A stretch of DNA of 64,000 bases, from positions 24,862,001-24,926,000 of the forward strand of contig OX597835.1 in NCBI GenBank assembly GCA_951406725.2, given 5' to 3'. The translations under genes and the position numbers were made by a program. The notes under the pieces were generated by a model. It was given only the letters and a program-made list of their open reading frames with translations. It was not told where the DNA came from and did no database searches. Below are positions 52,814 through 64,000 of the stretch, in pieces. Position 1 is the stretch's first letter. Each line of letters begins with the position of its first letter. Source of the stretch: Octopus vulgaris (taxonomy: Eukaryota).

Positions 52814-53165
52814 AAAAGTAACTAACAGTTGCACTATAGCTTGTATGAACAGAATAAACCTTTCCAGTAAATACACATAAACCTTTTCTCCTCTATACAA
52901 TAACGACAGCCGTATTGCCCGCCTTCTCAAGCACTCGCTTATTGAACGGGTGATGATGCGACAAAGTATCCCATCCGGTGTTCTAACTATTCCTTCCGCA
53001 TGTCCATCGTCCTAGACCAGTACATTTCATATACATCTCGAAAAGATGAAAAGCAAAGTTGACCTAGACGGGATTTGAACTCAGAGCGTAGTGAATTATA
53101 ACAAATGCTGCAAAGCATTCTATATGACTGTCTAATGCATCTGCCAATCCGGATATATATTTACG

Positions 53166-53205
<40 letters not shown>

Positions 53206-53714
53206 CATAATACATATATATTATATATATATATTATATTGAAAAAGAATATATATACATAGTATATATAATATATATATATTTATACATATATATTATG
53301 TGTGTGTATGTGCATATGTATGCTTATGCGTATAAATAAATGTGTATTTTACTCAGCATATATAATATATATATATAAGTCGTAAGACGCCCGCTGTTTT
53401 TGTCCTGCTTACCATTCATGTTTTTTATTTCTATTTTTTGTTTCTTGTATTTATATTCGTGTGGCATCCTGTCTTTGTTTCGTATACATTCGATCCTCTT
53501 TCCAAAAAATCTAATGCCTGTGGCTTAGTTTTTCCGTGGGGCTGGCCGGTTCGGAGTGATATCGAGATTAAACAGTCGAAATTACTAAGATGATCCGGTT
53601 CCGACTGAAGATTAGAGGCTTCGAGTGACCCGTCTGTTTTTTTTTTGTGTCGTCTCTTTGTGTGTTTTTGCGCTCTTGTCCCACTTTGTAATTTATATTT
53701 TATATTTAATTTCT

Positions 53715-53774
<60 letters not shown>

Positions 53775-54128
53775 ATATATATATATATATGTACATTTAT
53801 ATATACGTGTGTGTGTATGTATCCAGGCATATGGAAAGTATACGGTTTTCAGTCACTCCCCCCACACACACACACACTTGATATCATCCATTTAGTTTTC
53901 CCCTTTCCACCATCACCTCTTTTCGTTTCTATATGTCTCTCTGGTGAGCTTGAAGCACACATTACATTGACTTCTAACGTAAAATCGTAACAACAATTTG
54001 TCTTTCCCTTCTACATCCCACGAGCATCGTCATCGTCCCTTCGAATTTCCCTCGTTGCCTGTTACCGTTTAACGTCCCCCCCGCTAGAGCGATATGATAA
54101 TTGGATAATACAATTTTCTTACATGTAC

Positions 54129-54179
<51 letters not shown>

Positions 54180-54425
54180 GCACTGAAGGAAATGAAAAAA
54201 AGGGGGAAAAAAATTAAGGTTTTTAAATCGTTGTTTTACTCAATTAAATCTAAATCTGAATATAGCAGCAAATATGAATCATTTAATAAATCTAGATTTA
54301 ATTGTGTAAACAGACTGCTGGATAAGAAAAAAATATTATTTTTTTCCTTTATTTTCTCCACTTACTTTACTCCCTTACACAAAATAGGAAACCTACTCAT
54401 CCAACACATTTCAAAATGCACACAT

Positions 54426-54487
<62 letters not shown>

Positions 54488-54525
54488 GCACGTGTGTGTG
54501 TGCGCGCCAGAATGTGTTTGTGGCA

Positions 54526-54585
<60 letters not shown>

Positions 54586-54764
54586 ATATATACGGCATAC
54601 AGTGTATCTATATGTGTTTACAAATATTTATAAATATGAATACATGTATATGTATATATACATGTATATATGTATATATATATAGAGAGAGAGGGGGGAG
54701 AGAGAAAGACAGACAGACAGATAGATAGAAAGAAAGAAAGATAGATGGATGGATAAAGAGATAA

Positions 54765-54898
<134 letters not shown>

Positions 54899-54999
54899 GG
54901 GTGAAATACATGTATCAGATGCTTTGCTCTATGCAGAAGCCGTAGGAACTTCTTGAAAATATTGTAAGCTTTTTTCCTGATGACTAAAACGTTTGCATT

Positions 55000-57010
55000 G
55001 TTTGGAATTGTTTTATATCTTCATCGGCTGCGTCAGGGTCACAAGCGTTTCGTCTCCGAGCCAGTAAATTTCACTGAGGCCATGAGAACTGAATTAGTCA
55101 TCGCCTAAAGGAAAGTTACATCGGCAGTTTCTTGTCAACCACTGCCCCTATCATTTGGTCTTAGTTGTGATGGCTATCTATCTTAGTGACTTCCTTCAGC
55201 TGTTTGGGTTTCAAGCCAGTCTTCTGCGATAAACAGAGCAGTGATCTCTGTGGGGAAACTGCAGCATCGATTACAATGTTATTCTTTGGCAATGTCCTCA
55301 CAAGAAAATTCTAGTATTTGGCCTTCTTCAGTTGGTGATAAATATGAAGTCTGTCCTTTCAGGACACTTTGTGTTCAGCCACAATGATCGTTTTTGTGTT
55401 CCAGGGTAAACCCATGTTTGTTTGGAGCGATGTTACTTCCACTAGAACATTGAATCTACCTTTCAAGTCCATTTGCATCGCCCAGCCAAAGGCTTGATGA
55501 AAATTAAATAGCCAGCCTCCCAACTACTTCTGTCTTAGAAGCCTTATCAACTTCCCATAGGAATTTGGTACTTTCGGTGGTGATACTTGTTGCGTACTGG
55601 CCTTAACTCTCTGCAGGTCCTTCTATTTGCCAATTTCTATAAAGATATTACTGTGCGTTCACTTGTCATCTAGTGTCCTAAGGCCTTCCGTCAAAATATG
55701 ATTCAGTGTGTAGATTTTGTAGGATGGGTCTTCTTTGCTCTAGATTTTAAGATTTTGGTGGTTTAATAAAATGCTGCTGACAAAGTACAATAAAAAGAAT
55801 CACTTTCCTTAATCAGTATTCCAGAGTTTCTTACAGGACAGCTGCGTTTCACGGCAATCTTCTTCTGTTGTCTCTTGGACCCTCTGCACTGTGAGTCCTC
55901 TCTTATCACAAGCATTGGTATTATTCTACATTTTGTACTCTTCCAAGTCCTAACGCCCTTTGAGAAACTACCCCTAGCAATCTCCAGGTGATTCCAGTAC
56001 GTTTCAGCTCCTTTCACATCTTCCTGTGACTTCCACATCCTGTCACTCTTTATGGTAGTATTAGGGTTTCAAACTCTCGTCCTCAAACAGCAGCAATACA
56101 TTGGCTGCTCTCTCCTGAGTGGTTTCGAATCTCTGCTACCACCGATGGAATTGATATACGAAACTTGGAGGTCTTGCTGTGCAGGTTGATCGAGTTGAAA
56201 GTTGGACGAATAGCCAGCCAACTCTACACGAATTTACTGCACAATCTTACCATAGCTTCCACCAGACTGGAGAAGTCATAAAGCAGGAACTGCCACTGAA
56301 GTTAGGGTTTGATGCTCCCTAGAAACACCACAAACTTAAAGCTGATTAAATAATATCTGACTACAGGCGGCGAGCTGGCAGAAACGTTAGCACGCCGGGC
56401 GAAATGCTTAGCGGTATTTCGCCTGTCTTTAAGTTCTGAGTTCAAATTCCGCCGAGGTTGACTTTGCCTTTCATCCCTTCGGGGTCGATAAATTAAGTAC
56501 CAGTTGCGTACTGGGCCGATCTAATCGATTGCCTCCCCCCGCCACACACACACACAACAAAAAAGAAATTCAGGCCTTGTGCCTAGAGTAGAAAAGAATA
56601 ATATCTGGCTATTGTCAACTACCCTGAGCCAATTGTTTACTTGGGTCAGTGTATTTGCTGTCATAATTCTTCTCGGATCATTTTCTCCAAATCGTCGGAA
56701 TCTCACTCTTAAATACTGAAGATGTTGTATGTCAGTTTTCCACAGAATACTCAGACTTGCCTGAGTTTAATTTCATACGTTGCTATGGAGACATCGTCTC
56801 TAGCGAGTTCAGGGTCGAACGTGTTCTGATGATGTTATATCTATCATGTCGTCACGGTCAACCTTCCGTGACATCTCGATGTTTTCACGACTGCTAGTTA
56901 ACCTTCTGTGATATCTAGCTGTTTCTACAAGTTCCTGTGAAGCTTTACTATAAACAGCAATCAGCACAAGGACAAAGAAACGAGCGGATTTATACGCTAG
57001 CAATAAGAAT
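55000..57010 (-). mobile_element. Old, heavily decayed HERO/R2-type (restriction-like endonuclease) LINE
   Basis: Minus-strand relics in the expected order: RT region (DDMIDITSS, RMKLNSGKS, LQYLRVRF, WLRVVD), WQFLLYDF...SWL, TLNHILT (CCHC region), WAMQMDLK...TIIVAEHKVS*KD...KKAKY (endonuclease region). Many stops. Confidence 0.65.
56367..56597 (+). mobile_element. SINE family B inserted in the LINE relic, with TSD
   Basis: Flanked by AATAATATCTG(A/G)CTA. Confidence 0.9.
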
Positions 57011-57837
57011 TCCTTAATACAAATGCCTGCCAGCCACGAGGGGCTGCATATAAATCGACCGAAATGCAAAGGGGAAAGAAAACAAACGCGTTTATATACA
57101 AGCGAAGAGATTGGTGCCCTAATATAAATGGCAGTCGGTTATAGAGGGTGGCTTATAAATCGACCGAAACACACGTGGAAAAGGAAACAATCGTGTCTAT
57201 ATACAAGGGAACGATTGAAGGCTTGGTATCAATAGGTTCAATATAAATCGACCCAAACAGAGAAAGGAGTTGAAGTGAGTGCGTTTTTATACAATCCAAA
57301 ATAATCTAGTGGTTGCGAAAATATCTTCAGATCGCTCAACTAGGTAACATATTAAATAAGAAAACGCAAGAGTTTACAAGTAATTAATATTAACGTGCCG
57401 AATGTTTACAGGTTATGGGCATCTCTGACATGGCTACGTGGTACATAGAACTAGAATGTAACACATTTGGTGATTGTTATAAATAAGCAGAGGAAGAGTA
57501 ATGAAATGAAGAAAGGTAACAAAAATGTTCAAAAATTTTTACAAAAATGTGTATTAATCAGAAAACTGACACGAAAACAGTAAAGATTAACACAGCAGCA
57601 GCTGTTACTAGATTTGATTTATTTCTGTTCAATATGTAATATACATACATACATACATACATACACACACATAAACACACACACACACACATACATACAT
57701 ACATACATACATACATACATACATACATACATACATACATACATACATACATACGTACATACATACATACATGCATACATACATACATACATACACACAC
57801 ACACATACATACATACACACATACATATATAGTTGCA

Positions 57838-57913
<76 letters not shown>

Positions 57914-59479
57914 TGCGTGTGTATATATGTACTCAGATATATACATATATATATACTCAAAAATATATACATATACATACAAATATATACATTTGTATAC
58001 GCATATATATATATATGTGTGTGTATGTGTGTGTGTGTGTGCAAATACATACATATGTATACGAATATATACATACGTATACGAATATACACTTACATAT
58101 ACAAAATATATAGATATACTTAACACACACACACATACATATACATATACGTATACAACCACATACACTCACACACACACACACACATATAGTAGGATTT
58201 TTCTTCTTCAGAACATTTATTCTGATTCACAAGCCAAACATATTTCCCATTACAACTGGCACATTTATGCTATTTGTAAATAAATTGTTTATTCTTGTCG
58301 TATATTTCTTTATATATTTAATGACTTTGTAAAATATATACCTGGTCGTACACACAAACATATAAATTATGAATAGTCAACAGAAGATTTGATTGGTTGC
58401 TGAATAAATGCCAGAGAAAGCTGAATAAACGCCACATATTCATCAACTTATTATATCCAGAACGTTAACCAAAATGAATTTTGGGGTAACCAAAATGAAT
58501 TTTGGGGTAACCAAAATGTAGCATGCATCTCAGTATATCTAGAGGGACATCCCTTTTTTTATGCATATACTTGATGTAACACAAACTGCACAGATTGATG
58601 AGACACAATTTGATGCACAAGACCCAACCCGTGGCGGACAGTTGCAGGATGGGTCAGAACGATCGTCGTACTGAATAAAGATTAGTGATAAATCTATCTT
58701 CCGTTTTCTTCATTAATGACTATTATCTCGACTAACATTGTGGAATTCTTGAAGTAGATCCAGTGGAAATATACCCGACCAACCGTGGATGACACCAGGT
58801 TGCCCAAAACTGTGAACGTGCTTTACTCAACACACTAATTGACATATACCCGTTAGTCCAGAAAATTATATATGCCTGTATTTGTATGTGTGTGTGAGTG
58901 TGTGTATGTGTGTATATATATGTGTGTATGTGTACACATACACATATGTACATATGTATTTATATGTTTTGTGTGTGTGTGTGTACACATACACATATGT
59001 ACATATATATATATATATATATAATGTTGTGTGTATACGTACACACGCACACACACACTGGTATATACATACATATATGCATGCATACATATATACATAC
59101 ATACACATATATACATACACATACATACATGCATACATACATACATACGTACGCACGTACGTACGCACGTACGTACGTACATACATACATACATACATAC
59201 ATACATACATACATACATACATACATACATACATACATACATAGATACATGCCACCCAAAACGTGTTGGTTCGCTCGCGTCAGTTGCTGGCTGCCATGAA
59301 TGCTATAGAATTCCATTTCTAATGATGTTTGGGAACTGACAACCATTCTGATGCAGAAATAACACGAGACACACCGGAAGTGAATTTCAAGAGAGATTTT
59401 AATGTAACTTCCGTTACATTAAAATCTGGACCAACTAATCAACATTACATTAGTTTAGAGACTGACATGAGTGATTCGA

Positions 59480-59872
<393 letters not shown>

Positions 59873-60586
59873 TACTGTTGGGTGGTAGTTATAGCTGTAG
59901 TAGTATTAGGGACATGGGTTGTAATGCCCTAATTCAGCTCACGTCCTGATACAAGGCGTTCTAAACATGACCATCCTGTCTTTTCTACAAGCTCATGAGG
60001 CTCTAAATTCACCAGCCTGTTGCCTCAGTATTTAAGACGATAAGTAGTGCTGCGTGACTTGAGGGACATCTCACTGCTATTTCTAACAGATCGGATCACC
60101 CACAACGAAGCGGCACCCTCATTAGCTCGCTGTTGTGGTGGTGGCCATGGTGGTGGTGGCCAAGGTGGTGGTGGCCATGGTGGTGGTGCTGCTGCTGAAG
60201 ACGATCATTGTTGCGGTTATGTTATTGCTTTGGTAATTTTTGTTATGGCTGTTGTTGTTCTTTCTGTTGCTGTTGTTGCAATTGTTGTCTTTTTGAATGC
60301 TGTTATTGTTCTCATTAATATTAAGTTTCGGACCGGAAGTGGAGGTTGTGGAGGTGGAGGTGGCGGTTGTGGTGGTGATGGGGGTTGTTAGGTGTGGTGG
60401 GGGTGTACGCTGGAAGTGTGATAGCAGAATGATGCTGATGATGATGATGTAATATTAGGATCTACTGTGACGATGTTGGTGGTAGGCTAATGGTAGGACG
60501 CTAGACGATGGGATACATTTGTACATACATACATACACACACACATACACAGACACACATACATATATATACATATATATTTACAA

Positions 60587-60633
<47 letters not shown>

Positions 60634-60867
60634 CATATATATGTATGCATATGCATATATATGCATATATGTATATGTATATATATATATATGTGTGTAT
60701 GTGTATATATATATATGTATATATATGTATATATATATATACATATATACATACATATATAAGTATATATATATATGAATATATATGTGTGTGTGTACAT
60801 ATATGCATATATGCACACACACACACACATATATATGCATACACATACACACACACACACACACACG

Positions 60868-60926
<59 letters not shown>

Positions 60927-60927
<1 letters not shown>

Positions 60928-61070
60928 CCGGAGTAAGCATATAAATGTGAAACAAGGAGGAAAAAAGAGTACTCAAATACCAGAGGTAGAGTAATATGCT
61001 TTATTTAAAAGCAGCAGAAATATAACAAAACCTGTTACTCAGAGTTTCACGTTCCTGTTCGTCGGACACT
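60927..61070 (-). mobile_element. Penelope-like remnant with a compact hammerhead; second copy at 62980-63177
   Basis: Minus strand 61033-61068: UGU CCGACGA AC AGGAAC GU GAA ACUC U GAGU A / ACA. Confidence 0.65.
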
Positions 61071-61091
61071 ATATAATCATACATATGTATT

Positions 61092-61128
<37 letters not shown>

Positions 61129-61451
61129 AATGATCTTCATTAGCTTACAGTTGTTTCTGCTATAGAATACACTGCGGTCACAGCGAGAGCTTGTGCATCA
61201 CTTAATAGCATCAACGAGGCTTGAAAAATAGCAGAAAGAGAGACAGACAGACATGCAGAGAAATACAGGTATACTAAATGCAACCTACAACTTAAATTTT
61301 GGGTTTCTTAAAATCATCGCCGCCTCTAGAGAACGTATAATAATTACTAAACGGCAATTAAGGTTACTGCCACCGGGGCAGAGGAGATAAGAAAACAGTC
61401 GTCGAGACGTTTTCCTGCGATGAGGGTAGGTAGGTAAGTAAGTATAAATAA

Positions 61452-61682
61452 GGCGGCGAGCTGGCAGAATTGTTAGCACGCCGGGAGAAATGCTTAGCTG
61501 TATTTCGTCTGCCGCTACGTTCTGAGTTCAAATTCCGCCGAGGTCGACTTTGCCTGTCATCCTTTCGGGGTCGATTAAATAAGTACCAGTTACGCACTGG
61601 GGTCGATGTAATCGACTTAATACCTATGTCTGTCCTTGTTTGTCCCCTCTATGTTTAGCCCCTTGTGGGTAATAAAGAAATA
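61452..61682 (+). mobile_element. SINE family B with 20-bp TSD
   Basis: TAGGTAAGTAAGTATAAATA at 61431 and 61681; an opposite-strand copy lies at 61892-62092. Confidence 0.92.
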
Positions 61683-61772
61683 GGTAAGTAAGTATAAATA
61701 TATGTATGTATGCATGTATGTTTGTGTGTAAGTATATATATATACATATACATACATACGTACATACATACG

Positions 61773-61828
<56 letters not shown>

Positions 61829-62094
61829 CGTATATATATATATGTATGTATATACATATACTTCATATACTTATATATATATATATGTGTGTTTCTTTAT
61901 TACCCACAAGGAGCTAAACATAGAGGGGACAAACAAGGACAGACAAACGAATTAAGTCGATTACATTGACCCCAGTGTGTAACTGGTACTTAATTTATCG
62001 ACCCCGAAAGGATGAAAGGCAAAGTCGACCTCGGCGGAATTTGAACTCAGAACGTAGCGGCAGACGAAATACGTTTCTGCCAGCTCGCCGCCTT

Positions 62095-62170
<76 letters not shown>

Positions 62171-62299
62171 TGTGTGTGCGTATGTATGCGTGTGTATATA
62201 CAGGGATTGGACAAAATAATAGAAACACCTAGCATCATAGCATCAATAATTTTGAAATATCTATAAAACTGTCAAAAGCTTTTTCATGTATAGTGTGTG

Positions 62300-62699
62300 T
62301 AAAAAACATCCTGATGAAGGGCGTGTCAGTTCTGATGATACGAAATATATCATATTACTTGGCACGTCTCTGAAACGGCCCGAAAATGGAACTCTAAATT
62401 TTAAAATTTTTGTGTTATTTTTCGGAGGTTTTTAATACGTATTTTTTAATGTTTCATCATCCCAAATTTTTAATTATACCAATATTTTATAACTTTTAAA
62501 ATGTAAATTCACTGTGTTTTGTGTATAACACCGACTTATATCTATTTATATATATTTTTACATCTTTGTATCTGGAATTTATACATCCGTTTTGTAAATG
62601 TGGAAGAATATATGAATACATGTATCTATTTGCTTTTCGAGTGTTGATCTTAATTATGTTCCTCTAGTTTCCGTTTGCATTGCCTCCGTTCAATTTAAG

Positions 62700-62700
<1 letters not shown>
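62300..62700 (+). mobile_element. Penelope-like remnant with a degenerate hammerhead
   Basis: CATC CTGATGA-long stem II-GAAACGGCCCG at 62307-62388, then a T-rich body ending at (TA)n. Confidence 0.5.
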
Positions 62701-62771
<71 letters not shown>

Positions 62772-62891
62772 TAATCCCTTGACTATCACGTGTGTTACGT
62801 TCCAAAACCTCCTTATATTGAATATAAAAACGTCCCAAACTTCCTTATACTGGACGTAAAGGTACCTATTGAAATAGTTATATATACATAT

Positions 62892-62982
<91 letters not shown>

Positions 62983-63051
62983 GGGGTAAACACATAAATG
63001 TGAAACAAGGTGGGAAAAAGAGTACTCAAATACCAGTGGTAGAGTAATATT

Positions 63052-63175
63052 CTTTATTCAAAAGCAGCAGAAAATTCAACAAAACCTGTTACTCTGAGTT
63101 TCACGCTCCCGTTCGTTGGGAACGTGAAATTCGGAGTAACAGGTTTTGTTGAATTTTCTGCTGCTTTTAAATAAA

Positions 63176-63176
<1 letters not shown>
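63052..63176. repeat. 59-bp-arm palindrome of the 60927/62980 family
   Basis: Arms 63052-63110 and 63118-63176 around a GTTCGTT loop. Confidence 0.9.
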
Positions 63177-63211
<35 letters not shown>

Positions 63212-63546
63212 CATACACATATACATGTACGCACACAACCACACATAGACACTCAACACACACACACACACACACACATACACTCGCACGCACACACACA
63301 CACACACACATACATCTATGTACGCACACAACCACTAATAGACACACATACACGCACACACAACTGCCTACAGTTACGTAGAACTGTATCAACAAGACAA
63401 CAGGTATGCTGTACATTTCAGTTCTGAATCAGTTTCTTAGGTGTTGACAACAAGTAGATAAATTAGGCACCATCTGCATCCTGCATTCTTCCCAGCAGCA
63501 ACCATCATTGGTACGTTGACCGAACACGTAAAAAACATAACCAATT

Positions 63547-63622
<76 letters not shown>

Positions 63623-63661
63623 CACACACACACATATATATATAACATATATACGATTACA

Positions 63662-63706
<45 letters not shown>

Positions 63707-64000
63707 GTATATATAAGACTATATTTGTAAGTAAATATATTTATGTATATAGTTATATATACATGTATATATACGTATGTATTAAGTTACATATATGTGT
63801 GTGTGTGTGCGTGTAGATACATTTATATATGTATAAAAACATATATATCTATATATACATATATAAACATATATACACACACGTTAAAAGTAAATAGACA
63901 CTCCATAAAACATCGTTTTCTGTTTATTCTAACTTGTGAAGGTTTATATTTCTTATTGACATTTTTATGTTTCAGATTCTATATGTGACTGTTTAATCAT

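Noticed and set aside
58468-58518. 21-bp tandem duplication (also 20354-20395 and 46833-46872)
   Set aside because: Ordinary local slippage duplications.

Overview
AT-rich, gene-poor eukaryotic intronic/intergenic DNA, almost entirely microsatellites and mobile-element debris. The SINE families and repeat texture point to a coleoid cephalopod, probably Octopus (inference). No intact protein-coding gene is supported, and nearly all ORFs in the track are translations of microsatellites or SINEs. Recognisable content: (1) at least four tRNA-headed SINE families (~35 copies, several with target-site duplications); (2) decayed Tc1/mariner elements (a near full-length maT/DD37D-like copy, a Tc1, two DUF4817-type copies, several MITEs); (3) hAT MITEs, Helitron-like elements and a Sola-like element whose transposase has expanded into a 95-bp tandem array; (4) LINE relics of the CR1, RTE/BovB, R4/Dong and HERO types, plus a probable 3' LTR. 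The most striking structure is at 34961-36259: a non-coding 505-bp unit carrying a complete type I hammerhead ribozyme, present as a tandem plus an inverted copy. This gives three ribozymes and a 415-bp-arm palindrome, and looks like a young Penelope-dependent retrozyme that could release a 505-nt circular RNA. At least five other unrelated non-coding elements also carry hammerhead cores, and three fold-back structures turn at or beside that core. A few candidate exons, an RFX X-box/NRF1 promoter-like site and pre-miRNA-like hairpins are reported at low to moderate confidence. All alignments and translations were done by eye; no database searches were run.
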